From Phoronis australis (lineage: Eukaryota > Animalia > Phoronida): DNA of 64,000 nt. The stretch lies in NCBI GenBank assembly GCA_002633005.1, contig NMRA01000633.1:144958-208957 (forward strand), read 5' to 3'. Positions within the stretch are counted from its first letter, which is position 1. Every line of letters begins with the position of its first letter. Shown here piece by piece: positions 13,201-26,675 of the stretch. The notes below the pieces were generated by a model. It saw only the letters and a list, made by a program, of their open reading frames with translations. It did not search any database and was not told the DNA's origin. The translations under genes were made by a program, and so were the position numbers.

Positions 13201-15733
13201 AGAAATGAATTACATACTGTCTTTTTTAGTATTTTTATTCAGTGACTCCTGGTGTGGTTTTGAAAATGGTTGTTTTTTAGGCTGAAATGCAGATTTTTTA
13301 CCAAGTTCTGCAATGACCCTGTCATTTCCACATGGTTATCTTGAAAAGCAAATTCTTGTATACATATTATTGTCATCTTGTGAGGTGTGCAATTTATTGC
13401 GGTTTTCAGTGACTGGTTCCACCAGGGATAGCAGTATTGTGCACCTACCGGTACTTTGCTCAAACCCATGTTTCATATTATTATATTGATAACTTTTCCT
13501 CGTGAAGGTAGTGATCTCAGCAGTTATATCACTTATGGTGTTTTGTCAAGTAGTAGAACCTTGTACTGCTATGACACAAATTTTGAAGGTTTCTATGTTG
13601 TAGTTAAGTCCCACTTTAAATATTTTGCTCACCATGTGAGTTATTGTTTACATGGAGGGATTCATACTTATGGATGATCTCATCAGGGATTGCATGTAAC
13701 ACTATTTGGGTGTGTATATTTGTTACATGTTCATTGTATAAAGTGTATTGTTTATATTGCAGAGTTTATAATTGTTAGTTAAAAAGATTTCGGTAGGTTA
13801 TCTCAACAGTGCTTAGTGCATGTTTTGCTCATCCTGTGAAATGTAATATTTATACTGAAGAGTTTATCATCGCTAGTGCCTGTGTCCCTTATTGCTTTTC
13901 CCATAGTATGAACAACTAGTCATGTTAACGTTTGAAATTCTCATGTACAATATATATTACACTCTTCCGAAATCTTACACTTATTTTCATTGCCCAAGCA
14001 CTAATCTGAAGAGTGGCCTACTAGTTATGTGGAATGCGCACAATGCATTGTTAAAGCGAGGTGATCGTATGCCGCTGGGTTTTTGTTTTCTTACTCTTTG
14101 TGAACGCAGTGCCTGTAACTCGCATTTATTCCTAAGTTTATGCAATCATTTTAAATTACAAAAAATGTAACCCTGGGAACCGGTGGGGCAGTTAAATTTT
14201 GACATCGACAATATATACGTGTCATTTGAAGTAGTAGCCCGTTGTAGGGGGCCACGACCAAAAATATGGGTACACATCACATGTTTAACCACAAAAGTGA
14301 AAGAGTTACTTTTTCAGGTAAGCGACGCGTTGCGCGCTTTGGTTGTTTTTGTCCGTTTTAGGTGGCAAGTGGCGCTTTTTTCTTTGACGATTTCGCTGAG
14401 GTACGTTTCAGAAAATCGTACTGTAGGCCTAAGTCATTTTTTCTGTGCCAGTTAATTTAGGTACACAGCAACTGAAAAAAATGGATAAATCACGTCATTT
14501 TAAATCTCCATATCGCTCCGTTATGGCAACTTCGACTTAGATGGATTTTGGCTCTTTCAAACACTCCACCATGCTCTATTTTTTGAAGTTCGTTAACGAA
14601 AACGCGTACCAGGATGTAAGGTTCGTGCCCTCCCCCTCTAGTTTTAGTTGGCAATTTTGACATGAAGATGATGGTGATATTTATGCGTTCCTTGACGAGA
14701 ATTCCAGCAAGTCAAGTTTTGCCTAATTCAGCTTTTCATTCATTTTTATACCGTGTATTGTCACTGGCAAAATAAAATACCATCAAGATTTTAGTCTAGA
14801 TGTTTCCTAACTCGGTTTTTGGCCATAACACTAGTTATAGGAATCTGATTATGAGCGCGCAAGAGAAGACGGAACATATTTGCGACGTTTCATTTACTCA
14901 AAGTTAATGAGCCTAAACGTCAGAAAATATTTGTTTTCTCTTTCTCGCTTATAATGATTTTCAAGGGTTTCCGTTATTCAATTTCGGCAAGGTCGTCGCT
15001 TTCTTGCAAAACTACCGATTGGATGATCAATTACGCGCTTATTTGCTCTCCCTTTTAACGTTGATCATCGTCAATACACCTCCAAACATTGCACATCGTC
15101 TTTGCGCAAACTACATTGAGATTTAAGTATCCCGAAAAAAGTTGACGATCGGATAGTGTTTAAAAGTCTAATTCTAAATTTCTCCAGTTAGTGCACAAAT
15201 GAAGTAAAAGAAAGTAGTTCCGCTTGTCGCGTCAGCTGTTGGTATCATTATCTCGATTTATGACCCACAACGCATGACTGGACAAAGCCTTTTCAAATTA
15301 GCCGGTGGAGCGCGAGACCCCTGAGGTCCCAATCGAGTCCGCACGACAACTCTGCGTTATGAACTTGCACTAGTGCAACTTACCCCACTACTGATTGGAG
15401 TATCCACACACATATCCAAGTCTAATGTAAGGCGGAAGGTGTCGCTCTATGCATGGCAATGAACGCCTAATGCGAGTACGGCACGCAAAAGAAAACCAGT
15501 CTATATGTAACAGCAGCTGATTCCGCCCTCACCCCCCTTTTGCGGCCACAAAGAGATTACAAGTGGCACAAGTTCCTCCAGAACAAGTTTCCCCAACTCG
15601 ATCATGTGGAGCAAGTTGTCACAAGTGGGGTAAGGTCCGCTAATTTATATAGCGTCCACACCGCACTCAAACCTAGCGACAACTTGCTCCAGGAATTACT
15701 TGTTCTAGGGCAAGTCTGCGTGTGAACGGCACT
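10266..15733. mobile_element. ~5.5-kb PIF/Harbinger-like element (degenerate, possibly with nested pieces) inserted in a minisatellite
   Basis: Left cccgtccacacacagcctaccctaaacaa vs reverse complement of right gccgttcacacgcagacttgccctagaacaa. TAA follows the right end. The tandem array is interrupted exactly across this interval. Confidence 0.55.
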
Positions 15734-18346
15734 TAAGTGACAGAACTTTTGTCATGCACTGTATGTGACAGAGCCTTTAAAGCCCTTATGAGCTATTCTC
15801 TAGAGTAAAAAAAATCATCAACATTCTTCACACGAGTATCTGTTCATCCAAGGGAATAGGATAGCCTTCTATGTTTCCTTTTAATTCATATTGGTTATAA
15901 GATGAGTGTATTTCCTGTGACGGCCATATTGCCTTTAGGTAACACGCAACACAGACCTGCTCTGAACTGTGAAGCAGTAAGAGTCAGGTCTTCCTTTACA
16001 AACTTCTGATTTGAGTAAAGAACAAGATGAGACCACGTTCAACAGCAGGTGGCCTCAATCACAATGTTCTTTCTGGCAGAGGGCGCTGGTTTTATTGCCT
16101 GTTTATCAGGAATAACTGAATCTGAACAATGGTGGAATATTTTTTCAGAAAAGACTTGTGATTTACTGCACTCACAATCAAAGCCATAAGTGGCGAATTG
16201 GAACGATTAGAATGTAGAGTATGTAGAAGCTTTTTGAATCTATATTTCTATTCTATGGAAAGTCATTGCCATGGTATTCATTTTTTACTATCTCAACACA
16301 ATGTGCCTTTAGTAGAGTCACATAACTATGAGGTTTTGCACTTGTTGCTAGAGTTTGCTAAAAAAACTTCAAATTATTTATGATCTAAATCGGACTTCAA
16401 TTGATAAGGTTTAGCCATTATTAGTAAGAAACATTATTTTGTGACTACTAAAACCTGGATTCAAAAAAGCAGACTTCTTGTAAACTAGGCAACTACATCG
16501 TCCTAGATGCTGGAGGTTGGCCCGAGGGGCTATGTGATGCCTACTTGTAAACAGGCTTCTGCCATTCAAGCCAAGTTGCAACAGGCAAGTAAATAGTGAC
16601 AATGAAACCAGACTCTGTGAGAATTTAAGAGCAGGATGTTACCAAATGGCACCAGGTCAACACACAGAGATCAGTTAGAACTGCGCTGTGTAAACAGAAC
16701 CAAGACTTGGATGGCCTGAAAAGTCGTGAGTGATGCTGGAACAGGTCACAGTAATCCAATGGGGATGTTGGAAAAAGTAAATTCTCATTTGATTAGTCAA
16801 CCAATGTATGTTCTAGCCGGAAAATTAATATATCACAGCTAAAATTATTGATTATGTAATGTAAAATTGACAAAATCAGATGTTTAATGCCAATATGAAG
16901 TAGAATAAATGTATTTATTGACAGGATTATTTGAACTTGTTACTTCAGCTTTCTTGTACCTATAATCATAGCTGACTAATCCCCACAGTTGTACTTGTTT
17001 CTTGGATTTTCTTAGAAACACTTGGCTTTTTAAGTCAATTTAGCACATACAACAACTGGTCAGAGATGCTTGGAAGCAGCGATCTTGTTCACTGAATTGG
17101 ATCAACACACAGCAGTGATGTGTGTTAACAATTATAACGAACAGTTTCAAACTCAGGGTTTATTTGGCACAGAATTTTGTAGAGTTCCATGTCAAGCTTA
17201 TTTAAGAAGTTGAGCCAGTGTGACATGTTGGAGAGTGTGATTCACTAACTAGTCCAGAGTAGACCGTGCACAGAACATACTTAAACAAACTGACTTGTGC
17301 CATTGTACACTACAATCAAAGACTTCAACAGAACCTGAAGTTGTATTACATTCACTGCATACCCCAGCACAATGCCGGGTATATCACGGACACACTAAAG
17401 TGATATTCAATGCAAATCCCAGCACAATGTCAGGTATATCACCCACACACTATAGTGATATTGGTGATATTCATCACACAGACATAACTACAGGAGGCCT
17501 CATGTCATTGTCATACCAGGCTTGAATCGGCCACCACACTGAACATTGGTTTGCCAGTTCACAGCAGCATTGCTCAAGTGTGACAATCCCTGAACATGGA
17601 TATTGAAGTACAGCTTTGACATCTCAGCCTGACAGCTTCAACAGCACCCAGCTTAGTGAGTGCAGTGTAACCTCTTACCATTCCCACATTAACTGAGGAC
17701 AGACACGCCATGTAGCCTCCCTGTGCCATCTTTATCAGCCAGCAAGCAAGCACCACGCATTCCTCAAAGGCCTTGAAAATGACCCAACTACCTAACACTA
17801 GTGGGTTAATAGATGGTCAGATTTGAAACACAGCTGATCAAGAAATCCCTGCTTTCATTCACGCATACTTGAGAGCCAGTGACCTTTTACAATAAATTAA
17901 TTAACCCCAGATGTCAGTCAGAGGAGGGACAGCTCAGTTGACTTATCACACATAAAGAATTGATGGAGAGGGTGTGTCCACTGGTGAAAGTAGTTCTAAT
18001 ATGGCTAAATAAGTATTGCCTGTATTCAACCACTCACTTGGCCAGTCTCAAAGCCCTGCCCCATAACATTGACATTCCTGTACTTTATCACCAGGCTAAA
18101 GTGTCAGTTACTTAAAGGCCAAACCATCTCAACATTAAACATTTACAAAGGGCAACATCACAATGAATCCCAAGACAAACCATTTCCAAAAGTATGTGTG
18201 CTGTTTTTAGGTGTCCCTTGCCATGGGAATCAAAGAATTATTAAAAAGTAAACAAGTAGAATAAATTGCCAAACCAAGGTATTTTGGCACTATTCTCTCT
18301 CTCTAAAGCCAATCAAATGGCAGCTAGTTGCGCTGAATAGTCTTAC

Positions 18347-18433
18347 CTGTCTTGGTGAATACGACCCAGCTGGTTGAGGCTGAACCTTCTGAGGAGAGGT
18401 TCCCGCAACTTTAGACAGACCTGGGCTGCCTCC
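18347..18433 (-). CDS. Coding exon (29 aa) of large unnamed gene
   Basis: ttttggtttcag|GGAGGCAGC...CCAAGACAG|gtaaga; 87 bp, phase 0-0. Encodes GGSPGLSKVAGTSPQKVQPQPAGSYSPRQ. Confidence 0.8.
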
Positions 18434-19664
18434 CTGAAACCAAAAGAGTTTTTTATTCAAAAACACAAACAACCTATTCAGAAGTATGATTTGACACTGT
18501 ATATGTGGATATTTAGGCCCACGCAGCTTAAACATTGTTTGTGTTCAGAAATAGGCTTTTTTGAAACAGTTGAGTAATTTGATAAAATCGCATGTTTTAT
18601 TGAAGTCTGATTGTCCATTAGGGTAAAACCTGAAATATTTAAAAGAAGAGGAAAAAGACTGGGTAGAAGACAAAAAGTCCAAGTAAAAGGTTTGTGCATG
18701 TACAAGGGACTGCTACATGCGGCTTTGGGTGAATCAGGTGGATGTGCCTAGGTGCGGAAAAACAATGAAAAATGCCTTATTTCAGATATCTGAATGACTG
18801 ATTCCAGCCCCCTCTGGACACAGCTAAATGAAACAGGCAGCACAGTACTTATGGTTGAGCTTCTACAACATCCTACAACAGCCATTGGTGACTATGCTAC
18901 AATAACAAACAAGCATAAACCAACAAAAACTTTATGAATGTCACTTTTAAGACTAGACCACTGCTGAAGTGAAAACATTTACAGATAAAGTGGACCAATA
19001 GAATGAAAGTATTTGAATACACATTCACTCCAGTTTCTGTTTATTAAAAGTGTTTCAGATGTATATTTAACCTTAACCTTCATGCCTTAAGAAAACCTAG
19101 TGTGTCCCCATTTTCAATAACAGAAAAATCTGTTTTAGCAAACAAAAAATTATATTCTATTTCGTTTTTCTATTTCAAAATGATCCCAAACACTGTGTGC
19201 TTCTTAGAGGTGTTTATTTCTATCATAAAAAATAGTCATTTGATGGCACAGAATACACTGAACGCATCCAAATACAGGAAGATGTCTTCGACTCTCAAAA
19301 CTATTTGCCAAATTTCGTGAAAATCTGTCAACAACTCCAAAGATACAAAGGCAAAAGTAAAAAACAAGTAAAAAAACTGACTGCCATTAGGAACCACTGG
19401 GGTAGTGAATTCATCCATTTGCTATCAAGTTCATAGGAATACAATTACTACAAAATTCAAGAACATCTTCCAAGGAGATTCGGAGATACACCCATAGCTG
19501 CAAAAAATGTCGCTATGGACACCACAGTTGTTGGACATTTGAAAATTAACGATAGTCATGCTCTTGTCAATAGGAACGCATCTGCCAATTGTCATACTGA
19601 TCCTCTGCTTGAGTTTGGCAGAAACAGAACCAAACAACAAAAAAACAGACTAAAAAATAATGAT

Positions 19665-20935
19665 GAAAGCGCTCCGAGGAGCGAACCTTGGCAAAATTAA
19701 CCAAAAAGATGACGATAAAGATGATGATGAAGATGACGAATATGACGGCGATGGTGGCGAGGATGAACAAAAGAAGTAATAATAAATACACATAACGAAC
19801 GTATAAGTCCGAAATCAGTAAGAAAATGGATACAGTCTTGTGCGACACTTGGCGAAATTAACGGAAAAGTAAGACGGAGATGATGACAAAGCTGATGACA
19901 ATGATGACGAATATGATGATGGTGGTGGCGATGATGAACAACATCACAACATTCATATGATGAACTTGTCATAAATCAATAAGAAATAGGCTACAGTCTA
20001 ATTCAATAGAAGATAAACCAACATCAATGCAGCAAGAGCGCTCAACAAAGGAACAGCGTTATCAGAAAATCTCAAATAACTCGAAAAGTAGACGTCCTAG
20101 CGACAAATGGAAAACATCTTCTGAAAGCCCGTTCAAAATTCTATCTAAACTGATGGTATCGCCTAATTCCGTAAATTTTTCGAAAAAAAATGAAATTTTG
20201 TGTTTTTTTAAGAAATTCAAAGTCAAATAACTCGAAAACGGTAAGTCTGAGAAAAAAATTGTTACAGGCCATTTGAAAGATTATACTTCAAAGAATCTAC
20301 ATGCAAAAAATCACGTCTTTTCTTTTCCTGTTTAAAATCGCACTCCAGACGACTGAAAATGGGTCAACATGCGCCATATCCGCCACCTTGAAAGCAACTT
20401 CCGGTTTTTCGGCTTTGTATAATAGCATGTTATAAGAAACTAATACCTGTAAAAATTCTAAGGAATTGGTCTTATAATACGCCCTCTAGAGGAGAAAACG
20501 TTTTTAGGCCAAAATCGAGGTGCGCATGCGCGATCACCGATATTTCCGCCATCTTTAACCGGAAGTAAACAATTTCCGGTATACCTGTAGAAAACTTCCG
20601 GTCCATTTACTGTGCCGATTCTTAGCCTTTTACGTAAAAAATTGTAGCCTCCAGAAGCATTTGAACCTTTAAATGGAAACAAAATAGCCGCCAAAGCCGC
20701 CATCTTGGATCAGATTTTGACGAAAAACAATAAGCTTCAGTACTTTCGGAAGTACGTGTTATGTGTAAATTTCGTGATGATCGGACGAAAATTGCGACCT
20801 GTATCCTGCGAACAAACAAAAAAAAAACTTAGTGGAAGAGCAACATACTTGGCGGAAGAATTCCGCTTAGTAAAAAAATACAAACTTGGTGTCAGAGCAA
20901 CATACTTGGCAAAATTTTTTTCGCCAAGTAAAAAT
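19665..20935 (+). mobile_element. Helentron/HINE-like non-autonomous element (family C)
   Basis: Starts agcgctccgaggagcgaaccttggc and ends with a duplicated gagcaacatacttggc plus a hairpin (acttggcggaagaattccgcttagt). Has an internal duplicated (GAT)-rich block. Related pieces lie inverted at 23263-23840 and 47318-47350. Confidence 0.5.
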
Positions 20936-22299
20936 GGCCACTAGTTTATTTTCATTTCGCCACTTAGTTTGTGCAGAATATGTCAAATCATCACAAAAAG
21001 AAAGGTGCAATGGTCCTTGTTTGTCAAATTACATGAAGACAGGCCTTTATGCAGCGTATGTCCTGGGCGTCCAAATGGATGCCGTAGCACTAATATGGAC
21101 ATTCTGGCAAGGACACCCAATTTATCATTTCGATGCGGTATCAATAGGAAGCTTTCAAGTTTGGACAAACCCATTGTAATGATTACGAGGAAGCCTATGA
21201 AGACTCACAGGGGTGGCTCTTTTTTCAAAGCAGGAATGAGCAAGGAATATACAATGTATATACTAAGTATTTACAATATTCAAAATGGCAGACCTTGCGG
21301 CCATTTTGTTTACGGTTTCTGATTCAAATGCTCATATAGGCAGCATTTTTCAATGCGCAGAGCTGAAACTTGGTACGATTATTACAAAAAAAAAACAAGT
21401 ACTACAACTGCGCGATAAATCCATTCTATAAACATTCCCACTAAATAAAATTGGTCCTAACCCCGCTTGTCAAGGTAAACGGAGGGGGTTGGAAAATAGA
21501 ACTAGACCATATTTATCCACCTTGGCCGAGTCGCGCTCGGCTCACGATCAAAGGGATGCCACCAAGCTGCTCTATTCATCGAGTCACGAGCGAGGATAAT
21601 TAGCTTCGGTCATGCGGATATGATCAGCTGATTACAATCTAGCTAGCAGACTGTACTTTTTATGGAGAGAGTTTCACATAGTTTTTACTGTAATATTTGA
21701 AAACAAGAACGAAAACAAATATGAGTACAACTTTGAATTTTTCAAATCGGCCCAGGATAAGAGATTTTGCAACACAGTAACATTCACGATTACTTTCATT
21801 CGGCGCGCACGCATACAAAAATATAGGACCAAAGTTATTTAGATTTTGGAACCCATGCATTCCAATATTCAGTTTATTATGAATCTTACAAGCTGTAAGA
21901 CGACATTGTTTAATTTCATTGTGCTCATTCATTGTCATCCGTCCAAAATGTGATCTGCGGCGTGGGCGTATGTGTACAAAACACGTGATTGTTATGTTCA
22001 TGAAGTACGAAAATTAAGAAACTTTAGCATGCCGTTATTATTGACAGGGACACGATAAAGCGAATTTGGATTTTGACTATAGTCTTGATACAGCAATCTG
22101 CCTGACCACTGCGTCAGTGTCTCCGTTAGACCCAGAGTCACACAGCCCAGGTAGTTTACCTCGTCCCCAACATGTAGATCGAGCCTTGGCCTATTAATAC
22201 TCCACGGTAGAGCTAACGACCCCTAGCCTATGCACACAAAATCTGTGAGTTAACCAGCACTCACCTTGAACGTTGCAGCCGTTTAAGTGAAAAACAATC

Positions 22300-23050
22300 T
22301 AGTAAACGCCATTTTCTTGCATAATCCTCCTTCTTTTGCAACAAAAATGTCTGTCGTCGATGACCAGCACACGCACGCTCACTCACTCTCATACGCAGAC
22401 GAACTTCAAAACAAACGTCACGTGACAACAACACGTGTGTTCATCCAGAGATTTTTCTCGTGTCGTGGGGTACGATGTAGCGCAGATTTGGACTTAATCG
22501 CAATTAATCTGGACTCCACATGAACTTTAAAAAAAACATAAGGAAGGTTTCAGGTAAGTTGTTGAATCGAAACTACCGTAATCATTCGGGTTAACGCCCA
22601 TGCTCAGTTAACCGCCCATCCCCGACTTTAAGTGGATTTTCGATTTAACCGCCCACTGCTCGGTTAAGCGCCCCCCCCCGATTTTTTGGATTCGCCAATT
22701 TAACCGCCCAGGGCGTTAACCCGAACGATTACGGTATATTTTTATTCAAGAGTTCAAGTTTTCCTATTGACGATAGCGATTCAGCGACGCATCAGTCGGC
22801 AAGTTTTCGTCCTGTGATGAGCACAATTTTTTGAAAAATTATCATAATTTAACAACAGAAGTTGATAGCAATGCACCACAATTTTGTAGAAAGGCTGTCA
22901 TAGGCTACAGATACGTCACAGAGCGTAAATTTGATGAATCCTAGCTTCCGATTTTACCCGTTTGGGAAACCGGGTTTCAACTGACGTAGGCTACAATAAG
23001 CATCCCCTCCCCGTGAAATGAATTTTTCTAAGCGTTTATTAGAGCCAATA
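22300..23050 (-). mobile_element. pogo-like family A partial copy (reverse orientation) carrying a nested MITE
   Basis: Reverse complement colinear with 24074-24600. Confidence 0.7.
22576..22734. mobile_element. 159-bp MITE derived from family B
   Basis: ta|ccgtaatcattcgggttaacgccc ... gggcgttaacccgaacgattacgg|ta. Consists only of the two ends of the 2.4-kb family B element. Confidence 0.9.
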
Positions 23051-23262
23051 CAGTATACAGCTTTCCACCAAGGCTAGGTGATGCTAGGACATTTTTCTTT
23101 GTTGATGGCCTGGTCATCCATTCAGCCAAAAGTAGTTCCAGAGGTGGCTTATCAGCCAATTATTCACGCATGCCGACTCATAATAGAAGCCTGATAAGAG
23201 TGAAGGTGGATAAATTCGGTGTTCCTACAGTTTCTTGTGGTAGTGTGTTCACGACATGGTTA

Positions 23263-23840
23263 ACTTCCGGTCAAAGATGGCGGAAATATTGGCCATGGCA
23301 CATACGCACCTCGATATCTGGCCGAAAACGTTTTCTCCTGTAAAGGGCGCATTGGTGAACCAATCATTTTCAATTTCGTCACCTGTTTGTTTCGTTTGAT
23401 TGGCTATTATAAAAGTTTGTTTAACCGGAAGTCACTTTCAAGATGGCAGCTCTGGTGCATTTTCACCCATTTACGATTGTTCTGCGGTCGCATTTTTAAT
23501 GGGAAGAGCAAATGACATGAATTTTGGCATGTGGATTCCTTGAAATAGAGTTTTGAACGGGCTTTCAGATGATGCTTGCCGGTTTTTGTTTAGGACGTCT
23601 ACTTTTCGAATTATTCGAGATTTTCTGATTTCGCTGTTCCTTTGTTGAGCGCTCTTGCTGCATTGATGTTGGTTTAGCTTCTATTGAACAAGACTGCAGC
23701 CTATTTCTTAGTAATTTCTTCACTAGTCACATGAATGTTATCGTGTTGTTCATAACTGCCGCCTTCATCGTCGTCGTCTTCCCCATCGTCTTATTTTCAG
23801 ATAATTTCGCCAAGTGTCGCTCCTCCGAGCGCTCTCGTTT
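23263..23840 (-). mobile_element. Inverted fragment of family C element
   Basis: Reverse complement aligns with 19665-20570 (e.g. cttccggtcaaagatggcggaaatat; gagcgctcttgctgcattgatgttggttt). Confidence 0.7.
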
Positions 23841-24073
23841 TTGTATTTTTAACAAATTTTCATCCTAGAGTTCATCAATTTTTAATAAGTATAAGAGTAA
23901 ATGATATTGCAGTGACTATAAGTATACAAGTTTCCTTCTTTTGGGTACTTCATTTAGCACTTTGTGACAACTTATTGGTGTAACAGCACACTCTGAAGAA
24001 AATAAATACCTTCATATTTTAAGCTGCAGTCACATTTACACAAAGTTCACATGCGAATTATAGAATAGAGGTA

Positions 24074-25196
24074 CCGTATTCGCCCTAATCAGCACGCAGG
24101 GTACTAAGAAAAATTTGTTTTGGGAGGAAGCGCTTATTGTAGCCTAAGGCGGTTGAAGCCCGTTCACCGAAACGGATGAAATCAGAAGCTATCATTCATC
24201 AAATTTACGCTCTGCGAGGTATCTGTAACCTATGACAGACTTTCCACAAAATTGTGGTGCGTTGCTATCAAACTTCGTTGTTAAATTACAATCCCTTTTC
24301 AGAAAATCATGCGGAAATCCCTCGGCGAAAACTCGCCGACTGATGCGTCGCTGTCTCGTGATCATCGATTGGGCAACTTGAATTCATGAATAATAATACA
24401 GCTTCGACTCAACAAACTACTTAAAATTCTCCTCAAGTTTTCCAAATAGCGTCTGTAAGATTTTTAAGTTCCAGTGGAGTCGGGATTAACCCCAGATTAA
24501 GTCCAAATCTGCGCTAGATCGCACCCTGCAACATGAAAAAAATCTGGACGAACACACGTTGTTGTCACGTGACATTCGTTTTGAAGTTCGTCTACGTGTG
24601 TGTGCCGAGTGAACGAGCACTGAGATAAATATAGCATATATATATATATATAGCTTATTGGCGAGTGCATGCGTGTCATCACAGTTCATTTGCCAGAGTA
24701 GCAGGCCTACGTGTGTGTAGTGCGCGGTTCCTGGCCACGTGCTTTTAATACTGGTCAAGTTTTTTTTTATTAGCCTTCAATTCGCGATTTTCAAATGTAC
24801 AAAGAAACTCTGGACTCCCGTTGAGGGAGATCTGTGCAGGAAAAATACAATACAATCTCGTTGACAAGAATGCTGCGTCTGTTCAGAAAGGCCTGACCAT
24901 AGTGGGACACGTTCCTCGCAAGATCAGCAACGTATGCATTCTTTTTGAAGCACTGCGGAAGCTTGAAGTATATAGTCACGGCTAAACATCGACAGCGGTG
25001 GGCTCGTGGTCTACAAATTCCGTGCACAATGACTTTTTCAGGACTGTCGGATATTATTGATAAATTGAAGACGTTACTGTAGAATTTAAGAACTGCAGGT
25101 TAGGCATTTTTCGCATGTATAGTCATGTTCATGGGATGGGCACTTATTTTAGTGAAGTCTGAAAACGTGTGGGGGCGCTTATTAGGGCGAATACTG
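24074..25196 (+). mobile_element. Complete pogo/Tigger-like non-autonomous element, family A (1123 bp)
   Basis: ta|ccgtattcgccctaatcagc ... gcttattagggcgaatactg|ta: TIR plus TA TSD. Minus-strand relic TIYFKL...NAYVADLAR resembles a pogo N-terminal HTH. Confidence 0.8.
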
Positions 25197-25425
25197 TACT
25201 TCCACATTTCACTGTTTGATAGCAGTCTTATTGCACAGATGTATCATGAACATATGATAATCATTAATATATAAATAGAAATGGTTGGCAGTCACTAAAA
25301 CACCAGCTAGGAAAAGAACACATTTTGCTTGTGCTCTGCTTTCAATGAGACGTAGAAACATACAGTGTCTACATTTTGGCATCATTTATTAAACAAATAA
25401 GGTAAAACTAGCAGAGATACATGTA

Positions 25426-25715
25426 CCGTAAAAGTTCTCCAATTTGGGTCAGTGAAACATTAGTTATTTTGCTCAAGGTCAGAGCTTGAACCAAATTCTA
25501 GAAACAAGCAATACTGAACATCCCTAATTCAAGGATAACCAGAAAGACGACAAAATTACGGATTTTTAGACAGAAATCACATCATCAAAATTTGGCAATT
25601 ATGGTTAATACCAAAATCGCCCTCGTCACTAACTCCAGAATCAAGAAAATTCATTTTTCAGGAATTTCTACGTTCCAAGTTCTATACACTGACCCAAATT
25701 GGAAAATTTTTACCC
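25426..25715. mobile_element. 290-bp TA-flanked MITE
   Basis: ta|ccgtaaaagttctccaatttgggtcagtg ... cactgacccaaattggaaaatttttaccc|ta. Confidence 0.75.
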
Positions 25716-26675
25716 TACTAGTTCATGGGCATACACATGGCCAAAGCAAGTTTACTAATCAAAACTAAGAACAGAGGTCAGAGTTTAGCTGTATCTGTAA
25801 ATAGCTGAATGTTTCAGTTATTGATTTTGCACTCCTACAAATACTGCTCCAAATACACATTTGAGTTGTTCTCTTGTTGATAATTTGAATTTGCCCTGAA
25901 CAGTCAATTTATGGATCTTTTAAGACTGGAGTAGATTGTCTATTATATACAGTCATTAGAACGACGCATCTTCCAACATGCATTCAACTTGCTTGGTTCA
26001 ACAATACAATCAGCCAGTCACCCAAACGGATGTAAAACAACCAAGGGTACAGGCAAATTCAATTTTGAAAATCTTAAGCCCTTTCAGATAACTATCATGC
26101 CCTCTCCCACCGTCCCGGCGCCCATCAACCCTGACTCCACTTCCTACCCCACTTCATTTCACAGGGTTTAATTTTTAAATTTGCCTCCCCAAATTGGGTT
26201 AACTGGTTTTGTGCTGTAAATACCATTTGTTTGATCATGTCCTGAACACATCCACTAAAACAAGAAACTGTAGGAACACCGCATTTATCCACCTTCACTC
26301 TTATCAGGCTTCTATTGCGAGTCAGCATGCGTGAATAATTGGCCGATAAGCCACCTCTGGAACTACTTTGGGCTGAATGGATGACCAGGCCATAAAATGA
26401 TAATTAGCCAAGACCAGTTACTATAATGCAACAAAGAATAATGTCTTGCATCACCTAGCCTTGGTGGAAAGCTGTATACTGTATTGGCTCAAACAAACGC
26501 TTAGAAAAATTCATTTCACGAGGAGGGGACGCTTATTGTAGTGAGCCTACGGCAGTTGAAACCCGGTTTCCCAAACGGGTAAAATCGGAAGCTAGGATTC
26601 ATCAAATTTACGTTCTGTGACGTATTTGTAGCCTATGACAGCCTTTCTACAAAATTGTGGTGCATTGCTATCAAC

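Noticed and set aside
18700-18822. Possible extra exon(s) upstream of exon 18433 (AHPPDSPKA...)
   Set aside because: The acceptor is plausible but there is no convincing in-phase GT donor; left out of the gene model.
19697-19972. His-rich and Asp-rich ORFs
   Set aside because: (GAT)-rich low-complexity blocks inside the family C repeat; no splice or start context.
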